DNA of 21,803 nt from Verrucomicrobiota bacterium (GTDB lineage Bacteria; Verrucomicrobiota; Verrucomicrobiia; Limisphaerales; CANJSG01), in contig JBBQXJ010000080.1 of the NCBI GenBank assembly GCA_038209745.1, forward strand, positions 1-21,803. The letters are read 5' to 3'. This document shows, in pieces, positions 1 through 8,336 of the stretch (position 1 is the stretch's first letter; the number at the start of each line of letters is the position of its first letter). The position numbers and the translations under genes were made by a program. Below the pieces are notes generated by a model that worked only from the letters and a program-made list of their open reading frames with translations, was not told the origin of the DNA and made no database searches.

Positions 1-129
1 GCGGCACTGCGGGCTTGCCGCCGGCGGGGGAGGAGGATTGAGTCGCGGGTGTCATGAAGGGTCGGAGCAGATATGTTTTCATCAACCAACGCTTGGCCCC
101 GTCGGCCAGGTTCCTCAACCCTTCATGGC

Positions 130-205
130 ATCTAACCCGGCATAACGTCGTGGTTTGCAATCCCCGCGTCCCGTGGGCCGGGTCGCTGAGCTTGAGTCGC
201 TAGAC
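130..205 (+). mobile_element. Degenerate integron attC-like site
   Basis: ATCTAAC (130-136) fits R'' RYYYAAC. Inner arms ACCCGGC (135-141) and GCCGGGT (177-183) pair. The site ends GGTCGCTGAGCTTGAGTC-GCTAGAC, where GCTAGAC (199-205) is one mismatch from R' GTTRRRY. An ATG follows 4 bp later, as in a cassette. The left arm looks internally shortened. Confidence 0.65.
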
Positions 206-209
206 GACA

Positions 210-641
210 ATGCGTAAACGCCTGCTCATTCCTATTGTGGTGATCGTCGCATTGGCGGCATTGTTTTGGTATTGGCAGACCTATCTTACGTACGATGGGG
301 AGGTTTCGCGTTTTGAAAAGCGGATTCGTCGAGAGATTGATCCCGCAGCACTCCAAGTTTGGGCGACTAACCTTTTACACGCTTACTCGATTTCTAACGC
401 GACAGATACTTCCCTGCGCTCTTCGATGTTTCCTGCGGATATTCAGCAACTAAACCGCCGGTTGCTCTTTGGTTTTGTGATGCCAGATGCTTCTGAGGAG
501 CAGGCACACGTCCGCATTATTTGGGGCAGCGGAATGCGCGGACACTGGGGACTGCGAGTCGGCTCGACGAACTTTGTCGATTACGGTAGCGAGATGTGGC
601 AGCCGGGTGTTTACCTTTGGAAAGAGTATCGAAGACAATGA
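210..641 (+). CDS. Hypothetical protein with N-terminal membrane anchor; probable integron gene cassette ORF
   Basis: 143-aa ORF starting MRKRLLIPIVVIVALAALFWYW (hydrophobic segment). Visibly more AT-rich than neighbouring core genes and flanked by attC-like sequences. Confidence 0.7.
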   Translation: MRKRLLIPIVVIVALAALFWYWQTYLTYDGEVSRFEKRIRREIDPAALQVWATNLLHAYSISNATDTSLRSSMFPADIQQLNRRLLFGFVMPDASEEQAHVRIIWGSGMRGHWGLRVGSTNFVDYGSEMWQPGVYLWKEYRRQ

Positions 642-666
642 TGTCGTCTACCCATGCGCTGCAGCG
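642..666 (+). mobile_element. Truncated attC left arm closing the cassette
   Basis: TGTCGTCTACC-CATGCGCTGCAGCG begins immediately after the stop codon. TGTCGTCTA (642-650) is the exact reverse complement of TAGACGACA (201-209) at the cassette start, the R''/R' complementarity expected of a cassette. No right arm is visible. Confidence 0.6.
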
Positions 667-758
667 CCTATGAGGTTTGTCAAGGGGTGAAGCTGGGTCC
701 GACAGGTTTTCTTGGGCGGGGTATTACCGGCGCGAAGCGGAACGTGAGCAAGCTGACT

Positions 759-854
759 ATTCACCTCCTTGGGCAGGAACTCGCGGGCGAAGGGGGTCTT
801 GCCGGCACCGTTGCACCCGCCCATCAGGTAGATCGTGGGTGTCGGTGCCGGCAT
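759..854 (-). pseudogene. N-terminal fragment of a zeta-toxin-like/AAA_33-type P-loop protein
   Basis: MPAPTPTIYLMGGCNGAGKTPFAREFLPKEV has a Walker A motif (GCNGAGKT) in the context typical of this family. The resemblance stops after ~32 codons and the ORF is only 68 aa. Confidence 0.65.
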
Positions 855-866
855 GGAAAATGGGAG

Positions 867-891
867 TCCGCCTCGTCACCTCGGCGGCCAC
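867..891. repeat. Single REP-like arm downstream of argG
   Basis: The reverse complement GTGGCCGCCGAGGTGACGAGGCGGA matches GTAGCCGCCGACGTCAGGAGGCGGA inside uvrA (14172-14196) at 21/25 positions. Confidence 0.65.
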
Positions 892-896
892 GGGCT

Positions 897-2141
897 TCAG
901 CCCTTCAGATTGTCGGGGCCGTTGACGGTGCTGTTGACCCGGAGGCGCAGGCCGTTCAGGCGGATGAAGCCGGTGGCGTCGTTCTGGTTGTAGGCTTTGG
1001 TGGGGTCGGCTTCCATCGTCGCGATGTGCGGGTTGTAGAGGCTGACCTTGGACTTGCGGCCGGTGACGTAGATGCCGCCCTTGTAGAGCTTCACGCCGAC
1101 GGTGCCGCTGACGTTCTTCTGGCTTTCCTCGACGAGCGCCTGGAGGGCGAGCCGCTCGGGCGCATACCAGAAGCCGTTGTAGACGAGTTCGGCATACTTC
1201 GGGATGAGACCGTCGCGCAGGTGCATGACCTCGCGGTCCATGGTGAGGGACTCGATCTGGCGATGGGCGAAGACGAGGATGCTGCCGCCGGGGGTCTCGT
1301 AGACGCCGCGGCTCTTCATGCCGACGAAGCGGTTCTCCACCATGTCGACGCGGCCGACGCCGTGTTTGCCGCCGAGCTTGTTCAGGAACTTCATGACCTG
1401 GAGCGGGGTCATCTTCTTCCCGTTCACGGCCACGCAGTCGCCCTTCACGAATTCGAGTTCGACGTGTTCGGCCTTGTCCGGCGCGTCTTCGGGCAAGACG
1501 GACAGGGTGGTGAAGTAGTCGCGGTTCGTCTTCGGATCCATGGAGTCATACCACGGGTCTTCGAGGATGCCGGCCTCGTAGGAAATGTGCAGAAGGTTGC
1601 GGTCCATCGAATACGGCTTCTTGGCGCTGGCCTGGACGGGGATCTTCTTGGCGGCGCAGTAGTCGATCATCTCCTGGCGCCCGGGGAACTGGGCTCGGAA
1701 CCGGTCGTCGCGCCACGGGGCGATGATCTCCAGCTCGGGGGCGAGGGCGGCGGCGGTCAGCTCGAAGCGGACCTGGTCGTTGCCCTTGCCGGTGGCACCG
1801 TGGGCGATGGCGTGGGCCCCTTCGGCCTTGGCGATCTCGACCATTCGCTTGGCGATGAGCGGGCGGGCGATGGAGGTGCCGAGGAAGTATTGGCCCTCAT
1901 AGATCGCGCCGGCGCGGAGGATCGGGTAGATGAAGTCCTTGGCGAACTCCTCCTGGAGATCGTCGATGTAGATCTTCGACGCGCCGGTCTTCTTGGCCTT
2001 GGCGTTGAGGCCCTTGAGTTCGTCTTCCTGGCCGACATTGGCGCAGAAGCAGATCATCTCGGCATTGCCGTAGGTTTCCTTGATCCAGGAGAGCAGCACC
2101 GAGGTGTCGAGGCCGCCCGAGTAAGCGAGAACGATTTTCAT
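897..2141 (-). CDS. argG: Argininosuccinate synthase
   Basis: [35 protein letters not shown] and [17 protein letters not shown] signature motifs. 414 aa from the ATG at 2141; the longer ORF-track extension is spurious. Confidence 0.98.
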   Translation of the reverse strand: MKIVLAYSGGLDTSVLLSWIKETYGNAEMICFCANVGQEDELKGLNAKAKKTGASKIYIDDLQEEFAKDFIYPILRAGAIYEGQYFLGTSIARPLIAKRMVEIAKAEGAHAIAHGATGKGNDQVRFELTAAALAPELEIIAPWRDDRFRAQFPGRQEMIDYCAAKKIPVQASAKKPYSMDRNLLHISYEAGILEDPWYDSMDPKTNRDYFTTLSVLPEDAPDKAEHVELEFVKGDCVAVNGKKMTPLQVMKFLNKLGGKHGVGRVDMVENRFVGMKSRGVYETPGGSILVFAHRQIESLTMDREVMHLRDGLIPKYAELVYNGFWYAPERLALQALVEESQKNVSGTVGVKLYKGGIYVTGRKSKVSLYNPHIATMEADPTKAYNQNDATGFIRLNGLRLRVNSTVNGPDNLKG

Positions 2142-2257
2142 GGTCGGATAAAAAGCGGTGCAAAGTGAAGGGCAACGGGCCCCGGGTGGAAAGGGGATTC
2201 TCGGGGAAGGCGGCAGGGAGAGAGGTGGCCGCTGGACGGCCTCAAGCCTCGATCGCA

Positions 2258-3538
2258 CTACGGCCCATCGGCCTGGGTGCCGTCGAGGCGGCGTTGGCGG
2301 CGGATCTCGGGCCACACCGCCACGATGATCAGCAGGGTCACGATCGTGCCGATGCCGCCCGAAACGACCGAGAAGACCGGTCCGAAGAAGTGCGCGACCG
2401 TGCCGGACTCGAAACCGCCCATTTCGTTCGAGGTGCCGATGAAGAGGCTGTTCACGGCCGAGACCCGGCCGCGCATCGCGTCGGGCGTCATCAGTTGAAC
2501 CACCGTGCTGCGGACGACGACGCTGACGGCATCGGCCGCGCCGCAGACCACGAGCATGCCGAACGAAACCCAGAACCAGTGGGACAGACCGAAGCCGATC
2601 GTGGCCAACCCGAACACCACCACCGCCCAGAAGAGCGAATGGCCGGCCCGCTGCATCGGCGGCCGGTGGGCGATGATCGCCGAGGCCAGCACGGAGCCGA
2701 AGGGCAAGGCGGCTTGGAGCAGGCCCAGACCGTTCGGTCCCGCGTGCAGGATCTCGGCGGAAAACACCGGCAGGAGCGCCGTTGCCCCGCCCAAAAGCAC
2801 CGCGAACATGTCGAGCACCATCAGGCCCATGATGACCCGCGTTTGATGGACGAACCGGAATCCGGCCAGGTACCTCGCGAGGGAAGCCGGCTCCCGGGGC
2901 GGGGCGGCGAAGGTGCTGCGGACCTTCATGAACATGGCCGCGCAGACCAGTCCGGCGAAGGCGTCGATGACGTAGATCGTGGCCGGGTGATGGGTGAGCG
3001 CGATCAAGGCGCCGGCCGCGGCCGGTCCGAGCACGGAGGAGGTTTGGAACACGCCGGCGTTCCAGGTGAAGACCCTGGAGTATTGCTCTCGCGGCACCAG
3101 TTGCGGCAGCAGCGCCTGGCTGGCGGGTCGTACGAAGGTGCGGCCGATGCCGGCGACGGCCAGGCAGCCGTAGACCCAGCCGACCGGCGCCTGGACGAAC
3201 GACACCACGGCCAGTCCGAGGCTGGCGGCGGAGATGAGCAGTTCCATCGCGACCACGGTCTTCCGGCGGTTGAGCGTGTCCGCGACGTGTCCGGCCGGCA
3301 GCACCAGGGCGATAAGCGGGACCATCTGGGTCAGCCCGACCAGCCCGAGGGCGAACGCGGAGTGCGTCCGTTCGTAGAGTTCCCAGCCGACCGCGACGAT
3401 CAGCATCTGTTGCCCGATGACCGCGATGAAGCGCGCGAGCAGGAACAGCGAGACGTTGCGATCGCGGAGGAAGGCGTAGGGCGAGTCCATCGGGGAAGGA
3501 TTCCCCGGCGGTGGATCGGTCGGGGGGACGTTCTGCAT
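2258..3538 (-). CDS. MFS transporter (EntS/MFS_3-like)
   Basis: About 12 hydrophobic segments, motif A-like [11 protein letters not shown], and [20 protein letters not shown]. The start could instead be MDSPY at 3490. Confidence 0.9.
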   Translation of the reverse strand: MQNVPPTDPPPGNPSPMDSPYAFLRDRNVSLFLLARFIAVIGQQMLIVAVGWELYERTHSAFALGLVGLTQMVPLIALVLPAGHVADTLNRRKTVVAMELLISAASLGLAVVSFVQAPVGWVYGCLAVAGIGRTFVRPASQALLPQLVPREQYSRVFTWNAGVFQTSSVLGPAAAGALIALTHHPATIYVIDAFAGLVCAAMFMKVRSTFAAPPREPASLARYLAGFRFVHQTRVIMGLMVLDMFAVLLGGATALLPVFSAEILHAGPNGLGLLQAALPFGSVLASAIIAHRPPMQRAGHSLFWAVVVFGLATIGFGLSHWFWVSFGMLVVCGAADAVSVVVRSTVVQLMTPDAMRGRVSAVNSLFIGTSNEMGGFESGTVAHFFGPVFSVVSGGIGTIVTLLIIVAVWPEIRRQRRLDGTQADGP

Positions 3539-3655
3539 CAGGGGCGGGAATTAAGCACCGGTGTCTCCGCGCTTCAATCCGGGGGTGGCTACAATCGCCG
3601 GTCGGGAGAGCAGATCCATCGTCGAGAAGGAATCGCGCGGTTCGCGGCGCCCATC

Positions 3656-4654
3656 CTACTGGATGTGTCCGCCGATCACTTTCACGCTGAGGTTGCTGAG
3701 CGCCAGGCTGTGGAGCACGCGGCTGTAGCCGGGATAAGCCACCGAATAATCGAAGCCCGTGCCCACGCCGGCGGCGCCGAAGCGGCCTTTCTTGTCGATC
3801 GCGATGAAGTTGATCGCAAGGTCGATTCCCTTTGGGTCTTGGCGCGCGGCGCGAAGAATGGTTTCGGCGCAGGCTTCCTCCGGGGTCGCGCCGCGGCGCA
3901 TGTATTCGACCACCAGGAACGAGGCGCAGTAGCGCATCACGTTTTCGCCGAGACCGGTCGCCCCGGCGGCCCCGACTTCGTTGTCCACGTAGAGGCCGCT
4001 GCCGATTATCGGAGAATCGCCCACGCGGCCGGGCATCTTGTAGGCGAGTCCGCTGGTGGAGCAGCCGCCGTAGAGATTGCCGTCGGGCATGAGCACGAGC
4101 ATCGCGAGGGTGTCGTGGCCTTTGTCGCCGGTTTGTTTGGCTTTCCATTCACGCCACGCGGCGAGGGAGGAGGGCGTGGTGAGATCCTTTTCGGGGAAAC
4201 CTTCCTTGAGGGCGAATTGTTTGGCGCCGGCTCCGACCAGCAGGACGTGGGGCGTCTTCTCCATCACGCGCCGGGCCACGGCGACGGGATGCTCGATGCC
4301 TTCGATCGCGGCCACGCCGCCGGCGTGATGGCCCGGACCCGCCATGATGCAGGCGTCCAGCTGCACGACTCCGTCCGCATTGGGCAGGCCGCCCGCACCG
4401 ACCGAACTGTTCGAAAGATCCGACTCGGCCACGCCGATGCCCTCGACCACCGCGTCCAGGCCGGAGCCGCCGGCCAGCGCGGTGGCGAGCGCTTTTTCGT
4501 TGGCGGGTTTACCGAAGGGCCAGGTCGAGATGATCAACGGTCGTTGCTCGGTCGATGCGCTCATGGATTTGGTGGGGCGGTGGGTCTGGCAGCCGGTACC
4601 AAGGGCGGTCAGCGCGAGGGAAGAGTGGGTGATGAACTGGCGGCGGGTGACCAT
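3656..4654 (-). CDS. N(4)-(beta-N-acetylglucosaminyl)-L-asparaginase family Ntn hydrolase, Tat-exported lipoprotein
   Basis: Tat motif TRRQFI, lipobox-like [30 protein letters not shown], autoproteolysis site [27 protein letters not shown] and ATGLGE. Confidence 0.92.
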   Translation of the reverse strand: MVTRRQFITHSSLALTALGTGCQTHRPTKSMSASTEQRPLIISTWPFGKPANEKALATALAGGSGLDAVVEGIGVAESDLSNSSVGAGGLPNADGVVQLDACIMAGPGHHAGGVAAIEGIEHPVAVARRVMEKTPHVLLVGAGAKQFALKEGFPEKDLTTPSSLAAWREWKAKQTGDKGHDTLAMLVLMPDGNLYGGCSTSGLAYKMPGRVGDSPIIGSGLYVDNEVGAAGATGLGENVMRYCASFLVVEYMRRGATPEEACAETILRAARQDPKGIDLAINFIAIDKKGRFGAAGVGTGFDYSVAYPGYSRVLHSLALSNLSVKVIGGHIQ

Positions 4655-4844
4655 GGAGCGATCAAAGGGTATCGCCGCCATCCATTACAGATCAAACTCG
4701 TCGGATCCGATCCGGCCCCGGGCTCCCTCGCCACTATCGGAAGCAGCGGCGCGGCAAGGACGAATTCCCCGCTTGCGGGCCCGGGCCCGCTGGAAATGAT
4801 GTCCCCCAAATCACGGTGGGTTTAGGCAAACTACGAATCGTTTC

Positions 4845-5930
4845 ATGAAAACATCTTTCCGACGTCTGGCTCTGGCTTCTTCGGTTGCGACCGTCCTCTT
4901 TGGATCCGTCCAGGCAGCGACCCTGAACCGGGTCGAGCAGTCCGACTTCGGAACGGCCCAGGACGGTTCCAAGGTTCAGTTGGTCACCCTGCGGAACGCC
5001 AAAGGCATGAGCGCCCAGATCATCTCCTACGGTGCGATCATCAAAGAGCTGCAGGCTCCCGACCGGCTCGGAAACATGACCAACGTCGTGCTCACGACCG
5101 CCAGCCTGGAGAAGTTCGAGCGGGGGTTCAACGGAGCCGCCGCCGTCATTGGCCGGGTGGTCAACCGGATCGCCGGCGCTCAGTTCGAGCTGGACGGAAC
5201 GACCTACAAGCTGGCTCCCAACTCGGGGAAGAACACGATCCACGGCGGACGAAAAGGCTTCGCCCAATCGGTCTGGACGGTCGAGGACGTTCCGAAGAAG
5301 GCAGGGGAGTCTTCGGTCAAACTCACCTACCTGAGCAAGGACGGCGAAGAGGGATTCCCCGGCAACTTGAAAACGTCCGTGACCTACTCGCTGACGGACA
5401 AGAACGAGTTCCGGATCGACTACGACGCGGAGACCGACAAGCCCACCATCGTGAATCTCACCAACCACGCCTATTGGAACCTCGCGGGCGGCGGGAGCTG
5501 CTTGGACGACGTCTTGATGATCCCGTCCGAGAGCTACACCCCGGCGGATGCCGACCTGATTCCCACGGGCGAGATCCTGCCGCTGAAAGGCACCCTGATG
5601 GACTTCAACCACCCGACCCGGATCGGTGATCGCATCGAACAGTTGAAGCCGAAGATGAACGGCTACGACCACAACTACATCCTGGGCCCGGACAAGACCC
5701 TGAAGCTGGCCGCCCGTCTGGTGGAGCCCAAGAGCGGACGGACCATGGTCGTGCGGACCACCCAGCCGGCCGTGCAGCTCTACACCGGAAACCATCTGGG
5801 CCACACGGCAGTTTGCCTGGAGACCCAGCACTATCCCGACTCCATCCACCACCCGAACTTCCCGTCCATCGTCATCCGTCCGGGAGAACCCCTGAAAGAG
5901 ACGGCCGTGTTCGCCTTTTCCGCGAAGTAG
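4845..5930 (+). CDS. galM: Aldose 1-epimerase (galactose mutarotase) with signal peptide
   Basis: IGRVVNRI, HGG, DGEEGFPGNL, VNLTNHAYWNL, GYDHNY, QLYTGN and CLETQHYPDS motifs; N-terminal signal peptide ending VQA. Confidence 0.93.
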   Translation: MKTSFRRLALASSVATVLFGSVQAATLNRVEQSDFGTAQDGSKVQLVTLRNAKGMSAQIISYGAIIKELQAPDRLGNMTNVVLTTASLEKFERGFNGAAAVIGRVVNRIAGAQFELDGTTYKLAPNSGKNTIHGGRKGFAQSVWTVEDVPKKAGESSVKLTYLSKDGEEGFPGNLKTSVTYSLTDKNEFRIDYDAETDKPTIVNLTNHAYWNLAGGGSCLDDVLMIPSESYTPADADLIPTGEILPLKGTLMDFNHPTRIGDRIEQLKPKMNGYDHNYILGPDKTLKLAARLVEPKSGRTMVVRTTQPAVQLYTGNHLGHTAVCLETQHYPDSIHHPNFPSIVIRPGEPLKETAVFAFSAK

Positions 5931-5984
5931 ATCGGTTTCGGCCCGGTTTTTGGACCGCTTTCAGAAGGCGGCTTTGCCTGAAGC

Positions 5985-6977
5985 CTATTCGTCCAGCAAA
6001 CGCTTCAGGGTCGGCTCCATCGCGTCGGCCCAGGCCTGGTAGCCCTTGGCCGTGGGATGGAGGTAGTCGCCCATCATCTCGTGGGTGATCGTGCCGTCGG
6101 GTTCGAGGAACGTGCCGCCGATGTCGAGGTAGGTGATCCCGTTCTGGCCGTCGAACTTCGCGATCAATCCGTTGACCTGGGCGACCTTGGCCCGGGTCTC
6201 ATCGGGCTTGGCACCGCGCGGGAAAATGCCGAGCAGGAGGATTCGCGTCCGGGGCGAACGGCGGTGGATCTCCTCGCAGAGGGCCGCCACTCCGGCGGCG
6301 ATTTCCTCGGGCGTGTTCAAGCCCATGTTGTTCGTCCCGATCATGACCACAACCACCTTGGGCGACACCTTGTCGAACTCACCGTGGGTCAATCGCCAGA
6401 GGACGTTCTCCGTGCGGTCCCAGCCGTAGCCGAGATTGACGACTGAGTGACCGGCGAAGAGACGGTCCCATTCGTTGGTGCCGGTGCGGCGGCCGCCGAC
6501 GGGATCGCCGCCCCAGAAATGGGTGATCGAATCGCCCAGCATCACGATCTCCGGCTGGCGTTCCTTCATCAGCGCGACGCAGGCCGCGTGGCGTTCCGCC
6601 CAATCATAGGTGCGCCAATCGCGGTTCTGGGTCAGCGGGACGAGGGTGGACGGTTTGCGCGGCGAAGAACCGGGCGCGAGCGCGGTCGAAGTGACGACGG
6701 CGCTCTGGTTGGTGGTGCCGGGCAAGAACGCGCGGGCGGCGAGCTTGTATCCGGGCGGCTGGTCCACCGGCGCCAGCCAAACACCGTCGCTTTGGGTCGG
6801 CGGCTGGCCATCGAGATTGTAGCGGATGACCGCGCCGGGCGTGGTCGAAGTGGCAGTGAGCAGGCCCTGGGCGTTTGGCTTGATGAACGGGGCTTCGACT
6901 TCTTGGCCGTGCGAGAGGATGCCGGTGCCCAACAAGATCAAGAGCGAGATCCGAGCGGTGAAAGAGGTGGATTTCAT
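5985..6977 (-). CDS. Secreted SGNH/GDSL hydrolase (PAF-acetylhydrolase-like) with N-terminal FN3-associated/CHB_HEX_C-like domain
   Basis: Blocks GDSIT, NLGYGWDRTENVLWRL, IGTNN and DYLHP. N-terminal TPGAVIRYNLDGQPPT motif and a signal peptide. Confidence 0.88.
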   Translation of the reverse strand: MKSTSFTARISLLILLGTGILSHGQEVEAPFIKPNAQGLLTATSTTPGAVIRYNLDGQPPTQSDGVWLAPVDQPPGYKLAARAFLPGTTNQSAVVTSTALAPGSSPRKPSTLVPLTQNRDWRTYDWAERHAACVALMKERQPEIVMLGDSITHFWGGDPVGGRRTGTNEWDRLFAGHSVVNLGYGWDRTENVLWRLTHGEFDKVSPKVVVVMIGTNNMGLNTPEEIAAGVAALCEEIHRRSPRTRILLLGIFPRGAKPDETRAKVAQVNGLIAKFDGQNGITYLDIGGTFLEPDGTITHEMMGDYLHPTAKGYQAWADAMEPTLKRLLDE

Positions 6978-7027
6978 GGGAGATCAATTTCTGGCAATCG
7001 AGCGTGCGGGTGAATCCATTGGATCAT

Positions 7028-7160
7028 TGGCCATCTGTCCTGCGGGCCAAAGGCCCAGCATCAATCCAGCCCGGGGCAACGCCGTGGGAACTCGGGTGGC
7101 AGATGGTTTCCAGCTCTGGGCTGGATTGAGGCCGCACCGTTGGTCCTTCGGATTTGGCCA
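7028..7160. repeat. Long imperfect palindromic intergenic element (REP-like)
   Basis: TCAATCCAGCCCGGGGC (7061-7077) and GCTCTGGGCTGGATTGA (7113-7129) are inverted at 15/17. Outer TGGCCA...GGGCCAAAGG and CCGTTGGTCC...TGGCCA are partly complementary. Confidence 0.6.
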
Positions 7161-7178
7161 GAGCAAACAACGGTTCGC

Positions 7179-8111
7179 TCAGTTGTTCTCCGCCAACCCT
7201 TCCTTGTGCCCGAGGTTCTTCACGGGTTGGAAGATTTCCAGCACTTCGGCCAGCAGCTCCTGGTCGAGCGGCTCGGCGGCCCACTTGGCCCAGTTGCGGA
7301 TGTTGTTCGGGTTGGCGCTGCCGCTGACGGTGGTGGCGATGTCGGGGTTCGCGAGGCTGAACTGGAGGGCGATCTTCGCGATGTCCACGCCCTTGGCCGC
7401 GCAATGCGCGGCGGCGGCGCGTGCGGCGGCTTTGACTTCCTCGGGTTCCTTGAGCCAGGCGGGCAGGGGCGCGTTCGTGAGGAGACGGGCGCTGAAGGGG
7501 CCGGCGTTCATCACGCCCACGCCCTTGGCCTTGAGGTAGGGGACGGTGTCCTCGGCGAAGCGGGTGTTCTGGAGCGTGTATTGGTTGTAGCTCAGCACGC
7601 AGTCCACGTCGGTCTGGTCGCAGATGAAGCGGAAGATCTTCTGCGGATAGCCGCTGAAGCCGATGAAGCGGACCTTGCCGGACTGTTGGATCTTCTTCAG
7701 CGCGGGGATCGTCTCGTCGACGATCTGCTGCATGGGCACGAACTCGACGTCGTGGCAGAGGACGATGTCGAGATGGTCGGTGCCGAGGCGGTGCAGGGAG
7801 ACATCGACGCTCTCGGCGACGCGCTTGGCGCTGAAGTCGAAGTGCGGGAGGTCGTAGCGGCCGAGCTTGGTGCAGAGGGTGTAGCTTTCGCGCGGGACGC
7901 CCTTCAGCGCGATGCCGAGCAAGACCTCGCTCATGCCGCGTCCGTAGAAGGGCGAGGTGTCGATGAAGTTCAAGCCGCAGTCGAGCGCGACGCGGACGCT
8001 CTCCAGCGCTTCGTCGAGCTTCACGCTGCGGAACTCGGCGCCGAGCGAGGATGCGCCGAAGCTGAGGATGGGGACCTGGAGACCGGTTTTTCCTAGGGGA
8101 CGGGTTTGCAT
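7179..8111 (-). CDS. Aldo/keto reductase (L-galactose/D-threo-aldose dehydrogenase-like)
   Basis: MQTRPLGKTGLQVPILSFGASSLG, NFIDTSPFYGRGMSE, TKLGRY, SLHRLGTDHLDIVLCHD and GKVRFIGFSGYP; 310 aa from the ATG at 8111. Confidence 0.92.
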   Translation of the reverse strand: MQTRPLGKTGLQVPILSFGASSLGAEFRSVKLDEALESVRVALDCGLNFIDTSPFYGRGMSEVLLGIALKGVPRESYTLCTKLGRYDLPHFDFSAKRVAESVDVSLHRLGTDHLDIVLCHDVEFVPMQQIVDETIPALKKIQQSGKVRFIGFSGYPQKIFRFICDQTDVDCVLSYNQYTLQNTRFAEDTVPYLKAKGVGVMNAGPFSARLLTNAPLPAWLKEPEEVKAAARAAAAHCAAKGVDIAKIALQFSLANPDIATTVSGSANPNNIRNWAKWAAEPLDQELLAEVLEIFQPVKNLGHKEGLAENN

Positions 8112-8167
8112 GTTTCGGGTGGGGAGACGTAAGCAAACCCGGGCCGGGTTGAACACTGTTTGTTGAC

Positions 8168-8328
8168 GGTAGGGCGGCGGCTCAGGCCGCGCCGCCGTTT
8201 GATCCTCTGACGACGGGACAGCATCTTCGGCAACTCCCAGTCGCTCTGAAGTCGCTTTGGAGTCGTCAGTGTTGCCCCGACGTAATCTGGCCCATCAAAG
8301 GCGGCGCAGCGGGAGCCGTCGCCCTACC
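8168..8328. repeat. Inverted-repeat element copy 1 (REPIN/MITE-like)
   Basis: GGTAGGGCGGCGGCTCAGGCCGCGCCGCCGTTTGAT (8168-8203) and ATCAAAGGCGGCGCAGCGGGAGCCGTCGCCCTACC (8294-8328) give 31 matches over ~35 bp. Inner motif GGCAACTCC...GGAGTCGTCAG. Confidence 0.8.
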
Positions 8329-8336
8329 TTTGTGGA

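Noticed and set aside
648..854. Intact toxin-antitoxin module
   Set aside because: Only the Walker A N-terminus is present and no antitoxin ORF is evident.
2142..4148. N-terminal extension making ArgG 1083 aa
   Set aside because: Arg/Pro/Gly-rich off-frame translation overlapping the MFS and asparaginase genes; the canonical ArgG start [10 protein letters not shown] is at 2141.
5931..5984. Bidirectional terminator between galM and the SGNH gene
   Set aside because: Only a weak bulged stem (TTCAG..GGC/GCCTGAA) without a convincing adjacent U-tract.
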